Shown one piece after another: positions 53,928 to 63,824 of a stretch of DNA of 64,000 nt (position 1 is its first letter; each line of letters opens with the position of its first letter). The notes beneath the pieces are model-generated. The model saw only the letters and a list, made by a program, of their open reading frames with translations, was not told where the DNA came from and ran no database searches. Position numbers and translations under genes: made by a program. Source of the DNA: Fidelibacterota bacterium (GTDB lineage: Bacteria > Fidelibacterota > UBA2242 > B5-G15). The stretch lies in contig JACDNV010000003.1 in assembly GCA_017656425.1 (NCBI GenBank), forward strand, positions 164,212-228,211. Direction: 5' to 3'.

Positions 53928-56900
53928 ATTTTTCACAATTTTATTAATACTGCTATTTTTATCTTTTACAACCCCAAGAGATAAAATAGAATTAATACAT
54001 GCAGATAGGTTATCACAAAAAATAATTAACGACGTATTGATTAAAATTCTTGAGGGTAATGTTGAGTTGAGAAAAGATAAAATAATTTTAAAATGTAAAA
54101 AAATTACGTGGTATGAAAATCAGAACTTCCTCATTCTTGAAGACAGTATTTTAATAAAAGATGACAAGAATATTCTAAAAAGCGAGGTGGTGGAATATTA
54201 CACCGAAAAAGAAGTAATAAAAGCATTTAAAAATCCGATTTTAATAAGTGAGGATAATCGATTAACCGCAGATACTATTATATATTTTTTAGAAGAAAAG
54301 GTTGCCAAAGCAGAGGGCAACGTTAAAATCGAGAATAAAAACAGAATAATAACTACAAATTTTATCGAATACTATACTCAAGAAAAATTGGCTAAGTCTA
54401 ATACGGAAACCCACTTATTAGACACTGATCGCAATACCCATTTGATATCGGATAGTCTGGTCTACAATTACATCAATAAGACAATACAGGCATACAAAAA
54501 TCCAATCCTAATCAAGCTTGACTCCTTGGGCAACCAGGTGTTTCGTTTAAATGCTCAATTTATAGAAGGTAATGAAGATAGCAATCGCTTCACTTCATTC
54601 AAAAATGTAAAAATAATTAAGGATAATATTGTCTCCACCTGTGATACCGCAGAATATTATGGGGAAATTGAAAAGGCTGTATTAAAAGGTAATCCATTGA
54701 TAAGGCAAAAGAGACGACTAATAGAAGGTGATATTATAAATTTTTATCTACAAAAAAATAAAATTCATAAAATAATTGCCAGAGATGACGCATCAATAGA
54801 GTCAAAAGGCTTTGCTTACCTTCCATCAAAAGGTGATACGCTGACTGAAAGGGATACAGTAACTACCTATGATAAACTTTCTGGTGAAAAAATTGAAATA
54901 TTTCTTAAAGGAAATAAGCTTGATTCGGTGATCGTAAAAACTATGGCAATAAGTTATTTTAATATAACTGAAGACAGTGTGATTAAAGGATTAAACGTAA
55001 CTTCTGGCGATTCTATTATTATAAAAATAAAAGATGACACTGTTGATAGAATCTGGGTAATGGGTGGTTGTCAGGGTAACTTCACTCCCCATGAAACAAA
55101 TGAACAGGTTGATACTACTGTATACTATTATGCGAATAAAATATACCACACTTTAAACAACAGAATTTCCATCCTTTCGCAAAATGCAAGAATGATATAT
55201 GGGGATATGACACTTGAAGCTGGTGAGATAAAAATTGACTGGGATAATAATCTTCTTACCGCCTATCCTATTTATAGTGATTCCACCGATACATTAACCA
55301 ATATACCAACATTTGTTCAAAAAGGACAGGAACCCATCTACGGAGAAATATTGAACTATAATATTAAAACACAAAAGGGGAAAGTTATCAAAGGCAGAGC
55401 TAAAATGGCTGAGGGGTTCTATTCTGGTGAAAAAATCAATAAAGAGGGGAAAAACATCTTCTACGTATCAAGTGGATATTACACCACCTGTGATCTAGAA
55501 AAAAATCCACATTTCTATTTTAAAAGTAAAAAAATGAAAATAATCCATAGAGATAAAGTTATTGCGAAACCAATTATATTATATATACACAATATCCCCT
55601 TATTAGGAATTCCATTTGGAGTTTTCCCTGATAAAAAGGGAAAACGGCATAGCGGATGGATAATGCCAAGTTATGGGGAAAGTGCAAATACAGGTGGTTT
55701 TATAAGAGGTCTTGGGTATTACTGGGCGGTCAATGATTATTTTGATGCAAAAATCACAACAAATTTCTACGATAAATATGGCATAACAACGGAGTTACTT
55801 CTGCGATATGCAGTTCGTTATAAAATAAAATTAAGTAGCATAGATTTAATGTACACAAATAATTTTCTATCATATTTCCCTGAAAGGAAATGGAGCATAC
55901 GAATTTCCCATCACCAGGTCCTTTCACCAACTTCATCATTAATTATCAATGGCATGTTTGTCAATGACGACAGCTATTATAAAAAATATTCGCTTGATAA
56001 AAATCGTCGCTTGCAACAAAATATTGTCAGTAATGCAACTTACAGCAAAAGATGGACAGGAACACCTTTTTCTCTTTCTGCCAACCTGAGAGAAGAAAGA
56101 TATCTGCTTGCTAAGGAAAAAATTAAAAAACCACCATCCGGTACTAGGCAGCGGATAAATTACATCAGAAGAAACCTTCCAAATATTTCTTTAAACTATA
56201 ATTCTACACAATTAGTGAAAGGTGGTAAAACTGCAACAGGTAAATGGTACAATAACATTTATCTCTCATTTAATACTAAACTTAGAAGCTACAAGAACGT
56301 CTATTATGAGTCGGTCGAAGCAGATTCTGCTTATATCTGGAGAGAAAGAATAGAAAAATCCGGCTATCTTAACACTAATGCTTCTCTCAGCAGTTCTCAA
56401 AAGATATTCAAATATATATCAACAAACCAATCTATCTCATTAAAATTCGATATAACTCCAGAATATTACCTACCATTATTAGACTCGGCCGGGAACTTTT
56501 TACACAAGGACGGAAAAATTGTATCAAGAAAAGTAACAAACAATAAAGCACGTCTATGGGGTAGTATGTCATTTGGCGCTTCAACAAAGCTATATGGGAT
56601 ATTCCCCTATCGCATAGGTCCTATAAGAGCTATAAGACATATTATAACTCCAGGGATGAGTTTCTCATATACTCCCGATTTTTCAAAGGAATTTTTTGGG
56701 ATAAATCCAGGCTATTTTAAAATAGACAAATCTTTGAATAAGTTTGATATATTTTCATCAACTCCAATCGGTCCCACACCTTCTCGTGAAACAAAATCAC
56801 TTAATTTCTCACTTTCAAATTTATTTCAGGGTAAAATCAAGAGAAATGATAAAGAAGATGTAGTAGAATTACTAACCACAAGTACAAGCGGGAGTTACAA

Positions 56901-57552
56901 CTTCACTGCTGACAGCCTGAAACTATCTCAAATATCAACTTCCATTAGATCTGATTTAACGAAAAAATTAAATCTAAACATTTCATTGACGCATGATTTA
57001 TACAAATATGAAAACAAACGTATAAATAAAATCAACACTAATAGATATGGTGTACCTATGCCTAGGCTAACACAGCTAAATGTTTCTTCCTCATTTAAAT
57101 TTTCTGATGTTACATTTGAAGGTCTTAAAAGCAATTATGATAAAGAAGATACTGCAATTACATCTTTAGACACTTCTGGTGCTGGAAACTTAACGAAAGT
57201 TGACTCAAAAAGTAATAAACTTTTTAACGCCAATTTTCATTTGAAATTCTCTTTAAATAAATTTAACCCAAATAATCCAATAAAAAGGTTCTGGTTATCT
57301 GGTAATATAAGTTTTAAAATATTTAATAAATGGAGAGTAGGATATTCAACCGATATAGACTTGGTAAACAAAAAATTTGTGAGTCATAGCATACAAATAT
57401 CGAGAGACCTGCATTGCTGGGAATTTTATTTCAGCTGGGTACCGACAGGTTATGGCAAACAATATTATTTAAGAATAAATGTTAAATCATCAACTTTACG
57501 TGATTTAAAATATGAAGAAAGAGGTGGAAGACTGCGTTCATATGGTTTATAA
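53914..57552 (+). CDS. Very large LptD/OstA-like outer-membrane protein (LPS-assembly protein homolog).
   Basis: 1212 aa with a signal peptide. The N-terminal 450 aa carry several OstA/LptA-like beta-jellyroll repeats, followed by a long beta-barrel-like region ending in aromatic-rich strands. Confidence 0.5.
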   Translation: MKKNKFFTILLILLFLSFTTPRDKIELIHADRLSQKIINDVLIKILEGNVELRKDKIILKCKKITWYENQNFLILEDSILIKDDKNILKSEVVEYYTEKEVIKAFKNPILISEDNRLTADTIIYFLEEKVAKAEGNVKIENKNRIITTNFIEYYTQEKLAKSNTETHLLDTDRNTHLISDSLVYNYINKTIQAYKNPILIKLDSLGNQVFRLNAQFIEGNEDSNRFTSFKNVKIIKDNIVSTCDTAEYYGEIEKAVLKGNPLIRQKRRLIEGDIINFYLQKNKIHKIIARDDASIESKGFAYLPSKGDTLTERDTVTTYDKLSGEKIEIFLKGNKLDSVIVKTMAISYFNITEDSVIKGLNVTSGDSIIIKIKDDTVDRIWVMGGCQGNFTPHETNEQVDTTVYYYANKIYHTLNNRISILSQNARMIYGDMTLEAGEIKIDWDNNLLTAYPIYSDSTDTLTNIPTFVQKGQEPIYGEILNYNIKTQKGKVIKGRAKMAEGFYSGEKINKEGKNIFYVSSGYYTTCDLEKNPHFYFKSKKMKIIHRDKVIAKPIILYIHNIPLLGIPFGVFPDKKGKRHSGWIMPSYGESANTGGFIRGLGYYWAVNDYFDAKITTNFYDKYGITTELLLRYAVRYKIKLSSIDLMYTNNFLSYFPERKWSIRISHHQVLSPTSSLIINGMFVNDDSYYKKYSLDKNRRLQQNIVSNATYSKRWTGTPFSLSANLREERYLLAKEKIKKPPSGTRQRINYIRRNLPNISLNYNSTQLVKGGKTATGKWYNNIYLSFNTKLRSYKNVYYESVEADSAYIWRERIEKSGYLNTNASLSSSQKIFKYISTNQSISLKFDITPEYYLPLLDSAGNFLHKDGKIVSRKVTNNKARLWGSMSFGASTKLYGIFPYRIGPIRAIRHIITPGMSFSYTPDFSKEFFGINPGYFKIDKSLNKFDIFSSTPIGPTPSRETKSLNFSLSNLFQGKIKRNDKEDVVELLTTSTSGSYNFTADSLKLSQISTSIRSDLTKKLNLNISLTHDLYKYENKRINKINTNRYGVPMPRLTQLNVSSSFKFSDVTFEGLKSNYDKEDTAITSLDTSGAGNLTKVDSKSNKLFNANFHLKFSLNKFNPNNPIKRFWLSGNISFKIFNKWRVGYSTDIDLVNKKFVSHSIQISRDLHCWEFYFSWVPTGYGKQYYLRINVKSSTLRDLKYEERGGRLRSYGL

Positions 57553-57739
57553 CAATAAATACCGGGGCTTTCTTATAATTTAAAATATTTATACATTGGT
57601 TGTAATGTATTGCTATTTGAAGTATAAATTGATAATTAGGAATAAATTTTTAACAAACTATCTTTTATTTGTTGAAATATATAGTTAACCAGTTTATATT
57701 TAGTAGTAAGAATAAGGAAGAAACTATTGAGATGAAAAA

Positions 57740-58144
57740 ATGACAACAAAAGTGAACTCAGGTAAAAAAAGCAGTGGAAGGCCTTACGACGCACATTCAG
57801 CAGAGGACTGTCCTGAGTGCTCAGGAAAAGTTGTATATCGAAGAAGCTCATATTTTGGGAATAAAATTTACTACAAAGTTTGCAACAATTGTGGATGGTA
57901 TAAGGTCATGGATAGGGATTCCTGGATGGAAGCAGTATTTACAAAAGCCGAAAAAACAGAAGAAAAAATAAAAGAGAAAAAAGAGGAACCAGAGCCTGAC
58001 AGTGAGACTGCTAAAGTGGATGAAATTGAATCTAGCAAGACCTCAAAAATAGAAGAAGAGCCAGCTAAAGAAAAAGAAGAAAAGCCAAAAAGAGATAGAG
58101 GGGGATATAAATCATCAAAAGCAAAAGAAGAAAACAGCGAATAA
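57740..58144 (+). CDS. Small zinc-ribbon protein with a K/E-rich disordered tail.
   Basis: CPECSG...(20 aa)...CNNCGW is a four-Cys ribbon. The C-terminal 70 aa are a K/E-rich low-complexity region. Confidence 0.35.
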   Translation: MTTKVNSGKKSSGRPYDAHSAEDCPECSGKVVYRRSSYFGNKIYYKVCNNCGWYKVMDRDSWMEAVFTKAEKTEEKIKEKKEEPEPDSETAKVDEIESSKTSKIEEEPAKEKEEKPKRDRGGYKSSKAKEENSE

Positions 58145-58255
58145 AAATCAATTATTTCTCACTTTAATAAACAAAAGTACAAAACAAATAACGCAATTAG
58201 ACTTTTGCTATTTAAAAATTTAGTTTTATTTTAATTATAGCTATCAGGAGTTACC

Positions 58256-58729
58256 ATGATGAAGGAAAAATATCCTCTATTTACAATCGTTGATAATCCC
58301 GATATTAAGAAAATTCTACTTTGCCTACCGGTTGATGAGCTATTCTTTATGAAAGCTTTTGAAAAATTTAAAGACTTAAAGCTAAAGAACTCCGAGATAT
58401 ATTTTCTCATACATCAATCATTTTTTCATCTTATTAGGGGAGTTGACAGACATTACTTGATTCCCTTAATTGATTATTACCTCAATCGTAAAGGAATCCC
58501 AAACAAAAATTTTTATAAAGAAATAATAAAAGATAAATTCTTCTGTTCTGTTGATCTTAACCTTAAATTCAATATTACCACTGCAAATATTGTTAAAAAT
58601 TCGGCATATAATCAAAGAATAGGGAAAAAATTCGACCATTCTTCAAAATATTTCAACATCGAAATAGTCAGTAACAATTCAACAAAATTTTATGATAAGG
58701 TCATAGAAATTCTAAACAATATAAAATAA
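58256..58729 (+). CDS. Hypothetical protein.
   Basis: 157 aa ORF with no recognisable motif. It ends 9 nt before the next gene (likely co-transcribed). Confidence 0.3.
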   Translation: MMKEKYPLFTIVDNPDIKKILLCLPVDELFFMKAFEKFKDLKLKNSEIYFLIHQSFFHLIRGVDRHYLIPLIDYYLNRKGIPNKNFYKEIIKDKFFCSVDLNLKFNITTANIVKNSAYNQRIGKKFDHSSKYFNIEIVSNNSTKFYDKVIEILNNIK

Positions 58730-58738
58730 AAGGTAAAA

Positions 58739-60001
58739 ATGAATATCTATATATTTGAGGACCAGCTTTCTGATAATTTTTTACCTATAGCATATACACG
58801 TGCCGTATTTGAGCTAATCTCAGGAACGAGACCAATCTTAGAAAAAATTCTATCGATAATTGATAATAAAAATAGAATTAGTCTTTTTATCAGACCATTT
58901 CTAAAAGATGCGATACAAAAGAGATATCCCTCCTACCCTGTAAATCCAAGCTATATCGATGACGGTCTATGGATAAACGGAAGAATGATATTCACCCTTA
59001 ACGATATAAAAACTGCAACTCAAAACAAAAATACAATTTTTACGGTAAATGGAATTCCTGCAATTGCGTACTTAGATAAAAGCCACAGCGTAAAATTCAT
59101 AGATTTCGAAAATAACAGAATAAAAATAAATATTCCTGAAAATATAACATCTCAGGAGATAAATCCTTTTGTATACAACTATTTTTTTGAAATACCACTA
59201 ACTACCGGACAAATGATAATAGAAGATTTTAATAAATATTACACCTGTGGTACTATCGAGGGCATAATCCACGATAATGTTTCTATTCTGAATAAAAAGA
59301 ATATTTATATTGGTAAAAATGCAGTAATTAAACCTGGCACTGTGCTTGATGCTGAAGAAGGTCCAATCATTATTGAAAAAAATGTAATAATAATGTCAAA
59401 TAGCACAATTATCGGTCCATGTTACATAGGTGAAAATTCTGTGATCAAGATAGGAGCAAAAATATACAAAGGTTGTCACATTGGGAAGGTCTGTAAAATT
59501 GGAGGAGAGGTCGAATCAAGTGTCTTTCAGGGTTACTCCAATAAACAACACGACGGATTTATAGGGCATTCCTATGTGGGCGAGTGGGTTAATATAGGAG
59601 CTGATACAAATTGCTCTGATTTAAAAAACAATTACAGCAATGTCAAAGTATGGGTAAATGGTAAATATGTTGATAGCCAGAGTACTTTTGTGGGATTAAC
59701 TATAGCTGATCATTCGAAGACTGGAATTAACACCATGTTTAATACTGGTACTGTTGTCGGCGTAGGTTGTAATATTTATGGATGTAATTTCCCTCCAAAA
59801 TATATACCTTCATTTACATGGGGCGGAGCTGAAGGCTTTACAGAACACAAATTTGATAAAATGATAAACACAGCAAAAATTGTGACTTCAAGACGCAATG
59901 TTCAATTAGATAGGATAGATATAAGCTTACTGGAATATATATATCATGCGACCAGGGAAGAAAGAACAATTTTTATCAAATCCAATGAAGTCTCCTCTTA
60001 A
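58739..60001 (+). CDS. GlmU-like protein with a left-handed beta-helix (hexapeptide-repeat) C-terminal domain and a degenerate nucleotidyltransferase-like N-terminal domain.
   Basis: 420 aa. The C-terminal half has clear [LIV]-G-x-x-x-x hexapeptide repeats (IGKNAVIKPGTVLD...IGENSVIKIGAKIYKGCHIGKVCKIGGEV). The N-terminus lacks the G-x-G-T-R nucleotide-binding motif. Confidence 0.45.
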   Translation: MNIYIFEDQLSDNFLPIAYTRAVFELISGTRPILEKILSIIDNKNRISLFIRPFLKDAIQKRYPSYPVNPSYIDDGLWINGRMIFTLNDIKTATQNKNTIFTVNGIPAIAYLDKSHSVKFIDFENNRIKINIPENITSQEINPFVYNYFFEIPLTTGQMIIEDFNKYYTCGTIEGIIHDNVSILNKKNIYIGKNAVIKPGTVLDAEEGPIIIEKNVIIMSNSTIIGPCYIGENSVIKIGAKIYKGCHIGKVCKIGGEVESSVFQGYSNKQHDGFIGHSYVGEWVNIGADTNCSDLKNNYSNVKVWVNGKYVDSQSTFVGLTIADHSKTGINTMFNTGTVVGVGCNIYGCNFPPKYIPSFTWGGAEGFTEHKFDKMINTAKIVTSRRNVQLDRIDISLLEYIYHATREERTIFIKSNEVSS

Positions 60002-60031
60002 AACGATGGGTAAATAAAAATCATATTTTAC

Positions 60032-60060
60032 TTGACCTACATTATTTCTAAGATTATATT
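60032..60060 (+). promoter_or_regulatory. Putative sigma70 promoter: TTGACC, 17-nt spacer, TATATT.
   Basis: -35 at 60032-60037 and -10 at 60055-60060. GGAGGCG SD 6 nt before the ATG at 60088. Confidence 0.45.
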
Positions 60061-60087
60061 ACCACGCAATTTAACGTTGGAGGCGTA

Positions 60088-60522
60088 ATGGAAGACCTTA
60101 AATGCCCCGAATGTGGGGAGATATTAACAGAGGAACAATTAAAAGAATCCCTTGTATGCCCCCATTGCAAGACCAATCTCAGAGATAAAAAATACATAGA
60201 TTTTCTTGAGCTGCTAGTTTACAATGATATTATTGATGACGTGGATTTCTTCGACATTAACCTGTATAAAGATGAAATGTTGTCAACAGAAACTGAAGAC
60301 TACGATGAATCGGAAATTGATCCGGCAAGTTTTGAAAAAAAGAAGGAAATATGGAGTGAATTCGAGGATGAATTGGAATTTGAAGATCAATACAATACCG
60401 AAGATGAAGAAGCATGGGATATAGAATACGACCTCGATGAGGAAGAGGAAGAAGAAGAAGGAAAAGACATCGATGAAGATTTAGATGACATTGATAATCT
60501 TGAAGAAGATGAGGATTTATAA
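60088..60522 (+). CDS. Small zinc-ribbon protein with a strongly acidic D/E-rich tail.
   Basis: CPECGE...(17 aa)...CPHCKT ribbon, then about 90 aa D/E-rich (...DEEEEEEEGKDIDEDLDDIDNLEEDEDL). Confidence 0.4.
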   Translation: MEDLKCPECGEILTEEQLKESLVCPHCKTNLRDKKYIDFLELLVYNDIIDDVDFFDINLYKDEMLSTETEDYDESEIDPASFEKKKEIWSEFEDELEFEDQYNTEDEEAWDIEYDLDEEEEEEEGKDIDEDLDDIDNLEEDEDL

Positions 60523-60834
60523 ATGGAAAATGAAAAATCTATAAAGGAATTGAAGATTGAGATACCACAGGATATCTCTGAAGGAAAATATAGCAATTTT
60601 ACAGTAATCTCTCATTCTCCAGCTGAATTTGTAATTGACTTCGCCAGAATTATGCCTGGGCAGAATAAAGCCGTTGTAAAATCAAGAATTATCCTGACTC
60701 CCATCCATGCTAAGACACTTCTTATGACATTGATGGACAACATAAAAAAGTTTGAAGATAAGTTTGGTGAGATTAAAATCCCCGAAAGAGAGTTGAATAT
60801 TCCATTTACCCCTAAGGAAGATTTACCTAACTAA
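60523..60834 (+). CDS. DUF3467-like small protein.
   Basis: 103 aa. IEIPQDISEGKYSNFTVISHSPAEFVIDFARIMPG matches my recollection of the DUF3467 family. Its start abuts the stop of the upstream gene. Confidence 0.4.
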   Translation: MENEKSIKELKIEIPQDISEGKYSNFTVISHSPAEFVIDFARIMPGQNKAVVKSRIILTPIHAKTLLMTLMDNIKKFEDKFGEIKIPERELNIPFTPKEDLPN

Positions 60835-61522
60835 TTTTTTCGACCAGAATGATAGTGTTTGCATGAAAATAGGGTAATATCCTTTTTGCGTATATTATTC
60901 TGACATTCAATTCTTGTAAAATACTCCTTAATCTATCTTTTGAAATCATGAAAATATTCATATCAAAATCCCTGGCAATCCTCATTATTCTATGTAATGG
61001 ATTTTCAATATAAATGGAGAATAACACATACCTTCTACTCACCCTGATTAACTCTCTCAAAGTGAACTTTACGGTATCGAAACCCTTAAAATGCTGTAAA
61101 AGGCGAAAGCAGAATACTAAATCAAAGGTATCACACTTAAATGGTAACGATAAAATGTCACTGTTGACATATTCAAAAAAACTTAATGAATAAATATGCC
61201 TATGATCGTCTCTTATCAGATTAAGTGCATATATATTTAAATCAGCTGAAACCAATTCAGTAGAATAATTGCTGAGCAAATCACTAAATCTCCCATAGCC
61301 ACAGGGGATATCAAGTATTATTCTTCTGTATTCCAGTACTCTTGAGAGAATATTCCTTACAAGGCGGCGTTCGGTATAGGAAACCAATCTCTGATCAGGA
61401 TTTTTGTATCGATTTTCTTTGTATTTTTTTACTGAATTACAACTTCCCCAAGTTAATTTATTTCTATCCATTAAAATAAAACTCCATAACATTGAAAATA
61501 TAAATATAACTTGATTTTTCAA
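60827..61522 (-). CDS. Class I SAM-dependent methyltransferase.
   Basis: Motif I ILDIPCGYGRFS and post-I acidic residue (VSADL). Confidence 0.6.
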   Translation of the reverse strand: MKNQVIFIFSMLWSFILMDRNKLTWGSCNSVKKYKENRYKNPDQRLVSYTERRLVRNILSRVLEYRRIILDIPCGYGRFSDLLSNYSTELVSADLNIYALNLIRDDHRHIYSLSFFEYVNSDILSLPFKCDTFDLVFCFRLLQHFKGFDTVKFTLRELIRVSRRYVLFSIYIENPLHRIMRIARDFDMNIFMISKDRLRSILQELNVRIIYAKRILPYFHANTIILVEKIS

Positions 61523-62266
61523 ACATTTTATTATTATTTAAGATGTATGCAAAAAAGTTTTAGACTATTCAGCTTCGAACATATTATAGCAACTCTTTTG
61601 ACATTATTTACTATTGCACTTTCTATAAAACTACTGGAAGAATATAACCCAAAAAGATTAAAAAAATCATTTGATAAAATTCTTGCTGTTCTGATCGTTT
61701 TCCAAAATCTTTCATGGCGAATTCTTTTTATTATCAGTGGTGAATTCCACATTGAAAAGGACCTCCCATTTCACGTATGTAGTGTTACACAATTTTTACT
61801 TGCCTATCACTTGTTAAAAAATAATCAGACAATCTTTAATATTTGCTATTACTGGGTTATTGCAGGGTCTACCTTTGCTATTATAATCCCAGACCTTGAA
61901 TTAGGATTCCCATCGGTTAAATATTTTGAAATGTTTATATCCCATGGGATTTCTATATTTACCATTTTTTATCTTATATTAATACAAAAACAATATCCTA
62001 CAAAGGGAAGCTGGAAGACAGCTTTTGCTGCGCTGATGATTCTAGCAATCGTAGATTCAGTGGTAAACTATTTTACAAACGGTAATTATTTGTTCTTAAG
62101 AAGACCGCCTGATGTGAATTTTGGGCCGATAAGTCTTCTTCCTGCCTGGCCCTGGTATCTACTGGTACTGGCAATATTTTTTATGTTTGTCTACTGGTTA
62201 TCATATCAACCATACGCGTATCATGAAAGGAAAATTTCTTCGGAAGAAGTGAAAAACCACAATTAA
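61511..62266 (+). CDS. Polytopic membrane protein, possibly of the YwaF/TIGR02206-like family.
   Basis: 251 aa with about 6 TM helices and an LPFHVCS motif resembling the LPLHLCS signature. Confidence 0.3.
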   Translation: MIFQTFYYYLRCMQKSFRLFSFEHIIATLLTLFTIALSIKLLEEYNPKRLKKSFDKILAVLIVFQNLSWRILFIISGEFHIEKDLPFHVCSVTQFLLAYHLLKNNQTIFNICYYWVIAGSTFAIIIPDLELGFPSVKYFEMFISHGISIFTIFYLILIQKQYPTKGSWKTAFAALMILAIVDSVVNYFTNGNYLFLRRPPDVNFGPISLLPAWPWYLLVLAIFFMFVYWLSYQPYAYHERKISSEEVKNHN

Positions 62267-63144
62267 AATTTTCTTTTCAATCTCTTAGAAATAATATCGA
62301 TATATTCCGGGCTTGTGCCACAACATCCCCCGACGACTTCCACACCCAAGGTTTTAATCTTAATAATATTTTCGGCGAAGAATTCCTTAGATTCTGGGTA
62401 TACCACCTCTTCATCAATAATTTTTGGAACTCCTGCATTTGGTTGCACTATAACGGGACTGTCCACTGATTTTCGAATCTGAGCAGCCAGATCAACCATT
62501 GCATCACTACCAATAGAACAATTTGCACCCACAATATCAGCTCCCTCATCAAGCATTCTACGCATACTATTTGGAATATCGTTACCCATTAAAGTAAAAA
62601 AGCCAACAGGTTTTTTTACAAAAGTCAGTGTAGCAAAAATTGGCTTATCACTAACTTTTCTTACACCTTTAAGCGCAGTGATCATCTCATTTATATCAAA
62701 CATTGTCTCTACTATAAAAGCATCGACTCCCTCTGAATCCAGATAATAAGCCTGCTCTGCAAAGATATCAACAGCTGCTTCAGGTTCAAGCACGCCATAG
62801 GGCTTTAACATTTCCCCGGTGGGTCCAATATCACCAGCTACTATCACAGAACCATCGGCTGCTCTCCTTGCAACTCTAACAGCAATTCTATTGATTTCCT
62901 CTGTCTTTCCATTTAGTTCTGTCTTGGATAATTTCAAGCCTGAGCCACCAAAGGTATTGGTGGTTATAACATCAGAACCAGCTTTTATATATTCAAGATG
63001 AATCTCATACACAGCATCTGGATTTTCTAAATTGAAAATTTCTGACGGTCTACCCTTTTCCAATCCCTTTGCAATTAGCATAGTACCCATTGCACCATCA
63101 AAGATTAAACCATTCTTTTTATTAATTCGTTTTATTAAATCCAT
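62263..63144 (-). CDS. Homocysteine S-methyltransferase domain protein (MetH N-terminal module, stand-alone).
   Basis: FDGAMGTML...TNTF... and the C-terminal GGCCGTSPEYI zinc-binding Cys cluster. Confidence 0.8.
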   Translation of the reverse strand: MDLIKRINKKNGLIFDGAMGTMLIAKGLEKGRPSEIFNLENPDAVYEIHLEYIKAGSDVITTNTFGGSGLKLSKTELNGKTEEINRIAVRVARRAADGSVIVAGDIGPTGEMLKPYGVLEPEAAVDIFAEQAYYLDSEGVDAFIVETMFDINEMITALKGVRKVSDKPIFATLTFVKKPVGFFTLMGNDIPNSMRRMLDEGADIVGANCSIGSDAMVDLAAQIRKSVDSPVIVQPNAGVPKIIDEEVVYPESKEFFAENIIKIKTLGVEVVGGCCGTSPEYIDIISKRLKRKF

Positions 63145-63824
63145 TTTTCTACTCCGATAAGTTTTTCAGCTATTATAACTGCCTCCACCGCATTTTTACC
63201 ATACCCATCGGCACCGATACTCTCTGCCCACTCAGCAGTAACAGGCGCCCCACCAACAATAACTTTAAATTTATCCCTTAAATTTTCTTTTACTAAGGTT
63301 TCTATTAACTCCCTCTGCTTAAGCATAGTTGTAGTTAAAAGAGCAGATAGACAGATAATTCTGGCATTATTATTTATACCTTCCTCAATAAAACGGTTTG
63401 TAGGAACATCAGCGCCAAGATCAATAACTTCAAACCCAGATGTACCTAACATAACACTTACCAGTGTCTTCCCTATATCATGAATATCTCCCTCAACAGT
63501 TCCAATAACAACTTTTCCATAGTTGTTAACTCTTTTTCCACTATTTTCTATTATAGGTTTTAAAATCTCAAAAGATGATTTCATAGCATTGGCACAGGCT
63601 ATAAGCTCAGGCAGGAAATAATTCCCCTTTTCATACAAATCCCCTGCCTTCCGGATACCAGGAATAAGAGCTTTTTCTAAAATTTCATTTGGAGTGAACC
63701 CCAATTCAAGAGCTTTCTTAACCGCTGTTGAAGATACCTCTTTATCCCCCAATAATACCGCTTTTGCCATTCTTTTGAATAGATCAGATTTATCCATCAC
63801 TCTTCTCCGGAAAATATTCTTCAC
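63135..63824 (-). CDS. Cobalamin (B12)-binding domain protein (corrinoid protein, MetH-type cap plus Rossmann).
   Basis: DIHDIGKTLVSVML is the DxHxxG B12 lower-ligand motif, followed by SALLTTTM. The B12-binding gene's 3' end overlaps the start of the downstream homocysteine-methyltransferase gene by 10 nt. Confidence 0.8.
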   Translation of the reverse strand: MKNIFRRRVMDKSDLFKRMAKAVLLGDKEVSSTAVKKALELGFTPNEILEKALIPGIRKAGDLYEKGNYFLPELIACANAMKSSFEILKPIIENSGKRVNNYGKVVIGTVEGDIHDIGKTLVSVMLGTSGFEVIDLGADVPTNRFIEEGINNNARIICLSALLTTTMLKQRELIETLVKENLRDKFKVIVGGAPVTAEWAESIGADGYGKNAVEAVIIAEKLIGVEKWI

